NCBI GenBank assembly: GCA_031411295.1
Contig: JANOAV010000056.1
Coordinates: forward strand, 1 to 34,117
Direction of reading: 5' to 3'
Length of the DNA stretch: 34,117 nt
DNA from: Verrucomicrobiales bacterium
GTDB lineage: Bacteria > Verrucomicrobiota > Verrucomicrobiia > Verrucomicrobiales > V1-33
Position 1 is the stretch's first letter; each line of letters opens with the position of its first letter. Below, in pieces: positions 10,801 to 19,088 of the stretch. The notes beneath the pieces were generated by a model, which worked only from the letters and a program-made list of their open reading frames with translations, was not told the DNA's origin and did not search any database. The translations under genes and the position numbers were made by a program.

Positions 10801-10902
10801 TTTGGCAGCGGGAGCCGGGGCTGGAGCGGCGGTTGCGAACGTGATGAAGCCTGCTACTCCGGTAAGGAGCGCGCAGGTAAGACTGGTGCATCTAATTTTC
10901 AT
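7828..10902 (-). CDS. Large exported TPR protein (1024 aa) with BamD/CpoB-like repeats
   Basis: Signal peptide. Many TPR motifs ending YP-x-G/S (YPTG, YPKG, YPNG, FPKS). Internal Pro/Ala-rich linker. Confidence 0.8.
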   Translation of the reverse strand: MKIRCTSLTCALLTGVAGFITFATAAPAPAPAAKSSEPPLAKNPLEFADLAKEASAAFESQDFAVAGPKLITLAKSSEALGLKEKIDEVYYMIGIANAQIKAWAPALEYLRKYETGYPTGAYLKDVAMLIGKVLFFSGDFKGSAAQFEKIRNVPELTDQVLPLLGEAYEKSDQGAEAVKVLTDFLKKGYGSTERINAALRLATLYLSVDQPEKGIEIIDKIKNSPSAADFVIIINAKAQETAIPFVESKPDLALVALQAIRRKSEVVRLQEARNVVLTNKIAEWTRARSALKGPAGAKFQPLIEEGSARLKQLQEMLETVKKDEGYDATVIYQIGRAFTKLRRYWEAELAFRTIGKSYPAFANASSAMFGQIVCLVELKKKEDALKLSKEYLKAYPKGGEVPQVSELAVTMSMEVNDFVTAKATANEILKSQPDNPSASKLALYAITCDFSLYAFKDARAGLDEYRKKWPNDAFKEEVDYRYALTFFFENNYAETIKQLSNYISTYPNGAYKSDARYRLGIVMYGEEQAAKTKANLKKNPEYKSNFRRVINEVNDVLKGDPNTLIAGELYALLGDCYDQMTAAEVTEANIDQDQETGDAYMHGAAKATNDDVLDYCMEQARTKLQAAGRWKEMRTMHEEFVKSRPTHPDRLKAIYWVCKARSREAKTLEEKNAANEYNKKFLSEQILGNINRSNTEGVEMLLEQLAQACIPKRKPKPVTPAAEPGKPAPVAVAPAPAAPDEDPFLVGSKELEKWLGGSTGKLNGTGEARLEYAKVQLLKMVPPKVDPADPKKRIDRTAEVDKLMDEMAQKVKPDDLSSTLLAFVGEHLRKRGVIEKATQCYNRLMNSFPKSDYVDFALVGLGDIAFEQKNYAEAEKNYTKAKDEMPGMKYPNALMGVAKAQFMQQKYEEVEKPLLEIVGNKEWKGELTAEALYWLGQNAFAQKKYPEAVNYYQRIFLSFGKFTDWSIKGYTEAAETFRALGEPDKAKSHLQEARDYLKKRKLEASPAMQLLKDKAAKLNISLGS

Positions 10903-11093
10903 GATGGGAAATGCTGTCGTGGTTGAAGGGCTTGGCGGCCGGTCAGGAACGGGAGGCCGAGTATAGAGGGATGCGGAAATTTGCCAATATTTTTTCGCTA
11001 AGTTTCGCCAGGAACCGTGAATTAATTGGATGGCTTGTTTCTAAAACGACTGAGGGGGTGTGGTCAATAGAAGTATTTTTAGTCAGGTCAACT

Positions 11094-12098
11094 TTAGTTG
11101 CGAGGCTCCGGTCGTGGGGTGCGTTCTGGTGTGGGTTGATCCCGCCGGTGTTTGTCATAGGCGGCAATGATCCGCATGACCACGGGATGCCGCACCACAT
11201 CGGATCCTTCAAATTCCACGAACTCTATGCCGGGAACTCCTTGGAGCGCAGTGGCGGCTTCCCGCAAGCCGGAGGTGCGGCGGTCTTTGAGGTCGATCTG
11301 GGTAGGATCCCCCGTGATGACATAACGTGAACCCTCGCCCAAGCGGGTGAGGAACATGAACATCTGGGCCTGGGTGGTGTTCTGTGCTTCGTCCAAAATG
11401 ATGAAGGCCTTGCTCAGGGTGCGTCCGCGCATGAAAGCCAGCGGGGCGATTTCGATGATGCCTTTTTCGATCATCTTCTCAACTTCATCCGGTTCGAGCA
11501 TGTCGTAGAGCGCGTCGTAGAGTGGACGGAGGTAGGGGAAAATCTTCTCATTCATATCACCCGGAAGGAAGCCCAGGGCTTCTCCGGCTTCGACCGCTGG
11601 GCGGGTGAGGATAATGCGTTTGATGGTGCCAGCCTTAAGGCCCGCGAGCGCTTTGGCCATGGCCAGATACGTTTTCCCCGTGCCGGCGGCTCCCATGCCG
11701 AAGACGACTTCGTTGTGGTCCATGGCTTGGAGATACCGCAATTGGGTGCGGGTCTTGGGGATGACCGGAGGCTTGCGCGCGGAACCCAGCAACCGGACGC
11801 TGGTCAGTTCCTGCAACCCGCTGCCTTCGGTCGCTGGTTCCTGAGCGCTCGTCAGGGCGAAATTGAAGAAATGAGCATTGATGTCCGCTCCTTCACGCCG
11901 GGCCTTTTCCAGTTGAGCAAAGACGCGTTTGGCCGCATCCACTTGCCCGGGTTCGCCCTGGAATTTCACCCAGCCGTCTCGGGTCGTGACGATAAGATTG
12001 AGGTCAGTGCCGAGTTGCTTTAACAAATTGAGATCGTTGGCGATCAAACTTTGCAAAAAATGCGGCGTTTCGTATTCGAGGGTGTCGGAAGTGGGCAT
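11094..12098 (-). CDS. phoH: PhoH family ATPase (YbeZ-like)
   Basis: GAAGTGKTYLA, RIILTRPAVEAGEALGFLPG, AFMRGRTL, ILDEAQN, ITGDPTQIDL, DVVRHPVV. ATG 12098 (MPTSD) chosen as start. Confidence 0.93.
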   Translation of the reverse strand: MPTSDTLEYETPHFLQSLIANDLNLLKQLGTDLNLIVTTRDGWVKFQGEPGQVDAAKRVFAQLEKARREGADINAHFFNFALTSAQEPATEGSGLQELTSVRLLGSARKPPVIPKTRTQLRYLQAMDHNEVVFGMGAAGTGKTYLAMAKALAGLKAGTIKRIILTRPAVEAGEALGFLPGDMNEKIFPYLRPLYDALYDMLEPDEVEKMIEKGIIEIAPLAFMRGRTLSKAFIILDEAQNTTQAQMFMFLTRLGEGSRYVITGDPTQIDLKDRRTSGLREAATALQGVPGIEFVEFEGSDVVRHPVVMRIIAAYDKHRRDQPTPERTPRPEPRN

Positions 12099-12189
12099 GA
12101 GAGGGTTGTTCCCGTAGTCTTTGCACAAAGTGTTTCAGATGGGAATGAATTTCTTTCGCACTTTTCACGAATTCACTGCGGCTTTCTAG

Positions 12190-12217
12190 TTGCACGTCTG
12201 ACCGAGCGGATTATTCT
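12190..12217 (+). promoter_or_regulatory. Putative sigma70-type promoter of tRNA-Val
   Basis: TTGCAC-N16-TATTCT about 36 nt upstream of the tRNA. Confidence 0.5.
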
Positions 12218-12253
12218 GGCCGCGTTCTGGGGAAAAGCTCCTCATCTTAACAC

Positions 12254-12325
12254 GCGCGATTAGCTCAGTGGTAGAGCATTGCCTTCACACGGCAGGGGTC
12301 GCAGGTTCGAAACCTGCATCGCGTA
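12254..12325 (+). tRNA. tRNA-Val (anticodon CAC), 3' CCA not encoded
   Basis: Acceptor stem GCGCGAT/ATCGCGT plus discriminator A. D-arm GCTCAGTGGTAGAGC. Anticodon arm TTGCC-TTCACAC-GGCAG. T-arm GCAGG-TTCGAAA-CCTGC. Confidence 0.96.
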
Positions 12326-12363
12326 TTTTTCCGCATCGCAATGAAGGTAAGCCGCGAGCAAGG

Positions 12364-14589
12364 CTACGGGGCCGAGCGCACGATGCGGTAGAATTTCTTG
12401 GTCGCGTTGGCATTGGTGTCCGTCCACGAACCATTGGTATCATAAGCGACGGTGGCGGTGGTGGCATCGGTCCAAGCGCTTAGGTCTGGGGAAGTTTGAA
12501 CTTTATGGGTCATGCCGCGGGTGTTGGTCCAGGTGAGGTAGGCGGTGGTGGCGTTGACCACCTTGACGTTGGGACGCATGGATTCGTTGAGAATGGCACC
12601 GGTCCAGTATTTCTCTGCCAAAGTAAAGGCGGTTTTGCCAACTTGGGAGCCGATGATGCGGCCATGATAGTCGTCCTCTGAGACGTGGATGCCACCGTAA
12701 CGGCGGGATTGGCCCGCTTGGTCGGCCGCGTCATAGAAGGATCGCCATTGGAGGGTGACGGCGGCACTGGGGCCGAGGTCGATCTGCAGGGAGTTGGCAG
12801 CAATCGTATGCTCATGCAGTCCGCCGGGGAAATCGCTGCTGCCAGTGAAGGCAGTGAGGGCTTCTGCGGCTGCCCGCGAGAAGGTGCTATGTCCGGACAC
12901 GTAACCTGGAAATGCTGGGGTGTTGAAGGTCTTCCGCTGGAAGGGGACCCAATCTTTCCCCAAGACCCAGCGCACGGGGCTGAGGATAGTGGCCGGCAAT
13001 CCACTAGTGGCAGGAGGATTACCGTTCGCCTCCCCTGGCCAGACGCGCACTGCGATCTCTCCTACATGAGCGGACCCGGAAACATCCTGTCCGAATTCCA
13101 TGTCGAAAACAAGCTCATGCTTGCCGCCGAAGTCCGCAGTGGTGCTGGTGATGACTTCGCAGACGTTGGTCTCCAGCGGAATACCATAAATGTTGTAATT
13201 GGGCAGGGATGAGTTGGACGACTGGCCCTGGGTGCAAAGCCAGCGAATCAAGGTGATGGGGCGGGTCCCGGAGTAATAGCGTTTCAGTGACCAAGCTGCG
13301 CAGGCGGCATCGTGCACCGCTCCGGCCACACAGAAATACATTTTCACGTCCCATTCGAGATCGGGGACGGCACTGCCAAGCCCTTTAATTTTCTTTTGTC
13401 CTACAGTTAATTCGTCGGTCACTTCATTAGCCAGCACATGCCAGTGTCCTGGTGGGGTCTCTGAATGCGGGCCATCCGCCCAGAACTCGGCCAGACAGCG
13501 GGTAAAGTCACCAATTTTAACGACATTCGAGGCATAAGGAGCGTTGGTGACGGGGTTGAGCGGATGTCCGGTGCCAGTGTCAGCGCCCAAGGGGTTATTC
13601 CCCAATGCTCCCGGGGAGATATTCTTGGTGGCAGTGCTGTTTAAAACGCTGCCATCACGGATGACGGCCAGCGCTTGCTGTTTAAAACTATTCGAACTCG
13701 CGCTGGTCAAGGTGGGGGTGGAGACTTTCGAGGGGCCACCATAGGGGTCTATCCAAGGCTTCAGCGGATCGATCCGCGTGAGACTGAAGGGAACCGTGGC
13801 CAAGCTTTGGACGCCCACGAAACCCTGCTTGCCTGCTTGGACCACATTACCGCCCTGATCGACACTTGTGGCCAGATCCAGCGGCTGCCAGAAGTTGGGG
13901 TTCGTTCCGATGGGAACCCCAAATCCGAGGGGTTGATCGGTCATAAATGCTCGATTCGTCCCTTCCACGCTCATGGGGAGATTCCAATTGGGATTGACCG
14001 CAGCTCCATAGGCTTGGGGGTAGGCCGTTTGGTTAAAACCATCGTTAGCACCCCAATTCAGGATTGCCTGAGCGATTCGTTTGCCCAGTTCGGCTGGCGT
14101 CGTGCCGGAGGTGACCGCCGCTTGGGCAGTAGCGGTGGCGCTACCTCCGTAGAGATTGGTCAAAAGCGTATTGATGGCTGGGTTGGTAAAGTTGACCCAG
14201 CCAGGATAGTTCGAATTATTGACATCGGTCACCAGAAAGCGAGTCCGTATGACCCGGTAGGCTGCATAACTTATCGCCTCATCACGCGCGGTGGCAATAT
14301 CTCCAGGAAGGGGGCTGATTTTTTCGTTGGTGACGTAGCCAATAGCGACACTATCATAAGCTGCCCAGGTATCATACATGGCAACGGCCACATGGAACAG
14401 ATTCCGGGCGTGAGCAGGTGGGTTTGGGGAGTTCTTCCGAATCGCGTTCAGCAAGGCCTCATTCCATTGCCGGGCCACCGAAGGCGTCGCCTGAGCGGAA
14501 GACATGCTCCCACCCAAGGTCAGCAAGGCTAAGGTGGTGGCTACGATGCAGTGGCGAAGCCTGGAAACACGCTGAGATAGTGAGGTCAT
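12364..14589 (-). CDS. Secreted vanadium-dependent haloperoxidase / PAP2-superfamily protein
   Basis: Signal peptide. N-terminal SVARQWNE…HARNLFH…AMYDTWAAY. Vanadate/phosphate-binding motifs KRYYSGTRP, PGYVSGH, SRRYGGIH. C-terminal domain ending KKFYRIVR. Confidence 0.85.
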   Translation of the reverse strand: MTSLSQRVSRLRHCIVATTLALLTLGGSMSSAQATPSVARQWNEALLNAIRKNSPNPPAHARNLFHVAVAMYDTWAAYDSVAIGYVTNEKISPLPGDIATARDEAISYAAYRVIRTRFLVTDVNNSNYPGWVNFTNPAINTLLTNLYGGSATATAQAAVTSGTTPAELGKRIAQAILNWGANDGFNQTAYPQAYGAAVNPNWNLPMSVEGTNRAFMTDQPLGFGVPIGTNPNFWQPLDLATSVDQGGNVVQAGKQGFVGVQSLATVPFSLTRIDPLKPWIDPYGGPSKVSTPTLTSASSNSFKQQALAVIRDGSVLNSTATKNISPGALGNNPLGADTGTGHPLNPVTNAPYASNVVKIGDFTRCLAEFWADGPHSETPPGHWHVLANEVTDELTVGQKKIKGLGSAVPDLEWDVKMYFCVAGAVHDAACAAWSLKRYYSGTRPITLIRWLCTQGQSSNSSLPNYNIYGIPLETNVCEVITSTTADFGGKHELVFDMEFGQDVSGSAHVGEIAVRVWPGEANGNPPATSGLPATILSPVRWVLGKDWVPFQRKTFNTPAFPGYVSGHSTFSRAAAEALTAFTGSSDFPGGLHEHTIAANSLQIDLGPSAAVTLQWRSFYDAADQAGQSRRYGGIHVSEDDYHGRIIGSQVGKTAFTLAEKYWTGAILNESMRPNVKVVNATTAYLTWTNTRGMTHKVQTSPDLSAWTDATTATVAYDTNGSWTDTNANATKKFYRIVRSAP

Positions 14590-14997
14590 GGGTAGCTGGT
14601 TGGAATATTGGAGGAAACTGTTTAGGGGATCGCAAATCTACCCTGTAATTTGCAAAAAATCTAGTTAAGAAGCATAAAGCATCTCTTTTTCTATGTGAAT
14701 CCCACGTTTGGAGTGGTGAGATTATCCGTCGCCAAATGTGAGGGGATCGATTGAGTCTAATCCTTGATAATCAAATGCTTGGGAAGTTGCCAGCAGGGGA
14801 GTTTTACTGCGGAGTGCGAGGCTGCCCGTTCCATCAATTGGGATCGTTTTTCCGGGCGGATCGATCAACCGATTTTTGCTGATGCCAAAGGGGGGTGATT
14901 TTGCACCTTGACGGTCTCCGAATCCGCTGGATTATAACGCCCTCCGAAATCCAAAATCGATTTCGGAAATTTTTTTTGCTTTGCTGGCAAACTACTT

Positions 14998-16512
14998 ATG
15001 GAATCCCCAATCCCTTGGCTGTCCGTTCTCTGGATCATTTGTTACTCCATCGTCGTGGTGGGGTTGTCGTTGTATGGTATCCACCGCTACACGATGATTT
15101 ACTTGTTCAACAAGTATCGCAAGGCCGTGCCCAAGCCGAAAGGGCAATTCGCGGAACTGCCAATTATTACGGTCCAGCTCCCGATTTTCAACGAGTTGCA
15201 TGTGGTGCAGCGCTTGGTCCAAAAGGTGGCGGAGTTGGAATATCCGCAGCATCTGCTCCAAATTCAAATCCTGGACGACTCCACGGATGAGACCCAGGAA
15301 ATCTGCCAGGTTGAGGCCGAAAAACTGAAAGCGCGCGGATTTGATGTTTCCTACATCCACCGTGTGGACCGCACCGGGTTCAAAGCCGGAGCCTTAGAGC
15401 ACGGCATGGCCAGTGCGAAAGGGGAATATATTTTCATTCTGGATGCCGACTTTATTCCGCCCGCCAATGTGCTGATGGAAATGGTGCATTATTTTACTGA
15501 TGATGGCGTGGCCTTGGTCCAAACCCGCTGGGGGCACGTGAATCGGAATTATTCGCTACTGACGCGGATTCAGGCCATTTTCCTGGACGGGCACTTGGTG
15601 GTTGAACAAACCGCCCGGAGTCGGGCTGGGCGATTCTTTAACTTCAACGGCACTGGCGGCATGTGGCGCAAGCAAGCGATCATTGACGCGGGAGGTTGGG
15701 AGCACGACACGCTAACCGAGGACTTGGACCTCAGCTACCGAGCTCAGATGAAGGGGTGGCGGTTCATTTTCCTCTTGGATGTGGAAACGCCAGCCGAACT
15801 TCCAGTGGATATGGATGGCTTCAAGAGTCAGCAGCATCGGTGGACCAAGGGGTCTGTGCAAACTTGCAAAAAACTTTTGGGCACGGTTTGGAACAGTGAC
15901 ATTCCGTTGCTGCTTAAAGTGGAGTCCACGGTGCACCTGACTTCAAACTTTGCCTATTTGCTCCTGATCCTGTTGTTGTTCCTGGTCTTCCCGGACATGC
16001 ATACGAACAAAAATCTTACCGTGGACGGCCACACCAACTGGCGGGTCTGGCTGGTGGATATCCCCGTCTTTGTGCTCACGACTGGTTCGGTTTGTTTGTT
16101 TTACGTAACCGCCCAGCGGGCCTTGTTTCCCAAGAGTTGGTGGCGGGAATTGGTGTATCTGCCGCCCCTCCTGGCATTGGGAGTTGGCATGTCCATCAAC
16201 AATGGGCGGGCGGTCATGGAGGCGATTTTCAACCAAGAATCTCCGTTCGTCCGCACTCCCAAATATGGGATTGAGGGAACCAAAGCGGTCAATTGGCGCA
16301 AAAAGGGAAAATACAAAACTTTAAAAAGTTTTGCGACAGGGTTAGAAATTTTGCTTGCTTGCTATTTCACATGCCTTACTATTTACGCATTCAAAGAATC
16401 TCAGTGGACAAATGTTCCATTCCTGGCCTTGTTTATGCTTGGCTTCTGGTATGTGGCAATCGGCACCCCTCCCGGGCGTGGTGATTCCGCTGAAGTAGCA
16501 CCCATAGTTTAA
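14998..16512 (+). CDS. Membrane GT2 glycosyltransferase (cellulose-synthase-like, processive type)
   Basis: VQLPIFNE, ILDDSTD, GFKAGAL, DAD, TED, QQHRW (QxxRW), multiple TM helices. Confidence 0.9.
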   Translation: MESPIPWLSVLWIICYSIVVVGLSLYGIHRYTMIYLFNKYRKAVPKPKGQFAELPIITVQLPIFNELHVVQRLVQKVAELEYPQHLLQIQILDDSTDETQEICQVEAEKLKARGFDVSYIHRVDRTGFKAGALEHGMASAKGEYIFILDADFIPPANVLMEMVHYFTDDGVALVQTRWGHVNRNYSLLTRIQAIFLDGHLVVEQTARSRAGRFFNFNGTGGMWRKQAIIDAGGWEHDTLTEDLDLSYRAQMKGWRFIFLLDVETPAELPVDMDGFKSQQHRWTKGSVQTCKKLLGTVWNSDIPLLLKVESTVHLTSNFAYLLLILLLFLVFPDMHTNKNLTVDGHTNWRVWLVDIPVFVLTTGSVCLFYVTAQRALFPKSWWRELVYLPPLLALGVGMSINNGRAVMEAIFNQESPFVRTPKYGIEGTKAVNWRKKGKYKTLKSFATGLEILLACYFTCLTIYAFKESQWTNVPFLALFMLGFWYVAIGTPPGRGDSAEVAPIV

Positions 16513-16520
16513 AAATAGCC

Positions 16521-17327
16521 ATGAATTCGTCACTACCCACCGGCTCAACATCCCTCATTGCAAAATCGCGTCGCATTTTTGCATCACCCGTTCTGGCCTG
16601 CTTGTTGCTGGCAATCGGTATGAGTAGTTGTGCCAGCAATAAAAAAGTGGCCCAAGAGGTGCGCGTCAGCATCCGCGATCAAAAAGTGGCGCTCGTGGAG
16701 AAAGGAAAATCGTTCAAAGTCTATCCCTGTAGCACCTCCAAGTTCGGAGTTGGTGATCGTCCCGGCACCTATGCCACGCCAGTGGGGAATCTCCGAGTGG
16801 CCTCCAAGATCGGAGCGGGGGCACCTGCCGGCAGCGCCTTCCATGGTCGGCAACGCACTGGCGAGATTGTGAAGCCAAACACGCCGGGTCGGGACATTAT
16901 TGTCTCCCGGATCATCCGCTTGGACGGCATGGAGGCGGAAAATTGCCGGACCTTTGATCGCGCTATTTACATCCACGGCACCCCCGAAGAGGTCAACATC
17001 GGTCGCCCTGCTAGTTATGGCTGTGTGCGGATGAAGAGCAAGGATGTGATTGATCTGTTTGATCAGGTTCCCGTGGGCACTCCAGTCAAGATCGTGACTG
17101 GCACGCTGGATACCGCAGCTTGCGAAGTCAAAGCCACCAACGAGTTGGCTGCTGCGGGGATCAGGGTCGCTCCGCCCACCCCCATCCTACCTCCCATGAC
17201 GCCTGCGACCAGTCCACGCCAGTCCGCCACCGCATCCAAAATGGTGGCCAAAAACAACAAACCGCGTCTGGGCCCAACCGTGGTTTCCAGCAAATCGAAA
17301 TCTAGCAAAAAGCAGGCTAAGAACTAA
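16521..17327 (+). CDS. L,D-transpeptidase (YkuD family) lipoprotein
   Basis: Lipobox-like IGMSSC, TPVG, catalytic IYIHGTPEE…GRPASYGCVRM, basic low-complexity tail. Confidence 0.88.
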   Translation: MNSSLPTGSTSLIAKSRRIFASPVLACLLLAIGMSSCASNKKVAQEVRVSIRDQKVALVEKGKSFKVYPCSTSKFGVGDRPGTYATPVGNLRVASKIGAGAPAGSAFHGRQRTGEIVKPNTPGRDIIVSRIIRLDGMEAENCRTFDRAIYIHGTPEEVNIGRPASYGCVRMKSKDVIDLFDQVPVGTPVKIVTGTLDTAACEVKATNELAAAGIRVAPPTPILPPMTPATSPRQSATASKMVAKNNKPRLGPTVVSSKSKSSKKQAKN

Positions 17328-17388
17328 GGCGGACTCTCCTCATTGGAATTGCTGGGCTAAATTATCCAATAATATTGCTCCTAGTCAG

Positions 17389-17416
17389 TTGACATTGAAA
17401 ATTCGCGGATTAGTCT
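17389..17416 (+). promoter_or_regulatory. Putative rpsT promoter
   Basis: TTGACA-N16-TAGTCT ending 31 nt before the start codon. Confidence 0.55.
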
Positions 17417-17447
17417 CGGCTCCCAATTTTCCCACCTAAAAACCCTC

Positions 17448-17747
17448 ATGGCAAACATCAAGTCCGCTGAAAAACGCGCCCGTCAGACGATCAAGCGCAC
17501 CGCTCGCAACAAATCCATCAAAACTCGCGTGAAGAACTCCCGCAAGTCTGTGCTTGCTGCGGTGCAGGCAGGCGATGCCGCGCAAGTGGCTGTTAAGCTT
17601 GGCGCTTTTGCCGGAACCGCAGACAAAGCAGCCAATGCCGGTGTAATCCATCGCAATACGGCCAATCGCCTCAAGAGTCGGGCCGCCAAGGCCGTGCTCA
17701 AGGGTGCCGTAAAGGTTGTCGCCAAAAGCGGCAAGGCGGCAAAGTAA
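17448..17747 (+). CDS. rpsT: 30S ribosomal protein S20
   Basis: MANIKSAEKRARQ…RNKSIKTRVK…GVIHRNTANRLKSR. Confidence 0.97.
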   Translation: MANIKSAEKRARQTIKRTARNKSIKTRVKNSRKSVLAAVQAGDAAQVAVKLGAFAGTADKAANAGVIHRNTANRLKSRAAKAVLKGAVKVVAKSGKAAK

Positions 17748-17787
17748 TTTGCGCCACCAAAACTTTTCATCCCCCCCCCACCCAATT

Positions 17788-17827
17788 CAAGCCGCCTGAC
17801 GGAAACGTCAGGCGGCTTGTTGTTGTT
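17788..17827 (+). terminator. Intrinsic terminator after rpsT
   Basis: Perfect stem CAAGCCGCCTGACG-GAAA-CGTCAGGCGGCTTG followed by TTGTTGTT. Confidence 0.75.
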
Positions 17828-17970
17828 GGGGTGAGTTTAACGTCGGTGTCCAAGGATAGTTAATTTCTCGAAAATGACCCATCATTTTCTTGCAAAGTTT
17901 GCCGACCCTTGTTTAGGGAGTAGTGCAATCGATGCTTGCCCTCGGACCAACTTTTTCGAACCACCTCACC

Positions 17971-18387
17971 ATGACCACAGCGGACGTCATTCGACGTTAT
18001 TACGAGACCTTTAACTCTGGAGATCGCGAGTCGTTCCTCGCCCTCTTGAATGATAATATCGAGCATGGGCTTAATCAAGCGGCCCCTGAGATCGGAGTGA
18101 GCGCCTTCCGGCAGTTTATCCAGCGCATGGATCGGTGCTATCTGGAACAAGTGGAGGAGCTTGAAATATTCATCGCTGAAGATGATCCCACCCGAGGGGC
18201 GGCGGAGTTTGCTATCCGCGGAACATATTTGGCCACCGATGAAGGATTGCCAGCGGCCAGTGGACAGAAATATTTCCTGAGAGTGGGCGCATTCTTTGAT
18301 GTGCAAGAAGGGAAAGTCTCCAGAATTACGAATTACTACAACTTGCAAGAATGGCTGAGACAAATATCGGCGTCTGGCACCGCTTAG
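17971..18387 (+). CDS. Ketosteroid-isomerase-related / SnoaL-like (NTF2 fold) protein
   Basis: IRRYYETFNSGD, FRQFIQRMDRCYLEQ, RGAAEF, TDEGLP, VGAFF, RITNYYNL. Confidence 0.85.
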   Translation: MTTADVIRRYYETFNSGDRESFLALLNDNIEHGLNQAAPEIGVSAFRQFIQRMDRCYLEQVEELEIFIAEDDPTRGAAEFAIRGTYLATDEGLPAASGQKYFLRVGAFFDVQEGKVSRITNYYNLQEWLRQISASGTA

Positions 18388-18457
18388 GAAGGAATTAAAA
18401 ACTCTCTGCGAATGAATATTTGAATTTTTCCCAGACCGTGCCAGACTCCGCCCTCCT

Positions 18458-19054
18458 ATGAACGCCGTTATTTTCATTATCCAAGCCGTCCTTATCATCG
18501 TCTCCCTTCTGATGGTGCTCGTTGTCCTGATGCAACGCCCCAAGCAAGAAGGCTTGGGCGCCTCCTTTGGTGCCGGTGTGACCGATCAAATCTGGGGCTC
18601 CCAGACCACTAATGTGTTGCAAAAATTCACGGTGCGCCTAGCCATTTTGTTCTTCGCACTGGCCCTCGGGCTCTGTGTCTTGAAGGCCCGCCAAGCGAGC
18701 GAGGCCGGAGGCGCCAGTCTGGCGGCCGCTTTGCCGACTGAGAAAGTGGAGAAGAAGGAAGTTCCACCACCAACGCCTCCCGTCACAAATTCCACTCCCA
18801 TTAAAGTGGAGCCAGGAACGACGACGCAGCCAATCACCATCACTCCTGGAACTGCTCCAACTGACAAACCTACTGAGGGGTCGCCCGCACCTGCCGTAAC
18901 GCCGGAGGCACCAAAGGGAGAAGCCCCAGCGGCTCCCGCACCAGTAGAAGCAGCGCCCGTCCCTCCTAGCACTCCTGCTGCTGAAACCCCAGCCCCTGCC
19001 GCTCCTCCGGTGGAAACTCCCGCTGCTCCAGCCCCGGCACCAGCAGACAAGTAA
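18458..19054 (+). CDS. secG: Preprotein translocase subunit SecG with a long Pro/Ala/Thr-rich tail
   Basis: TM1-VLMQRPKQEGLGASFG, TNVLQKFT-TM2. Confidence 0.9.
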   Translation: MNAVIFIIQAVLIIVSLLMVLVVLMQRPKQEGLGASFGAGVTDQIWGSQTTNVLQKFTVRLAILFFALALGLCVLKARQASEAGGASLAAALPTEKVEKKEVPPPTPPVTNSTPIKVEPGTTTQPITITPGTAPTDKPTEGSPAPAVTPEAPKGEAPAAPAPVEAAPVPPSTPAAETPAPAAPPVETPAAPAPAPADK

Positions 19055-19088
19055 CCCTTGAGCTGAGCGTCCCTAACACCCCAGAATC

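Noticed and set aside
12326..14900. Genomic island integrated at tRNA-Val
   Set aside because: No integrase and no convincing duplication of the tRNA 3' end was seen. The only match is a 7-bp GCATCGC immediately downstream.
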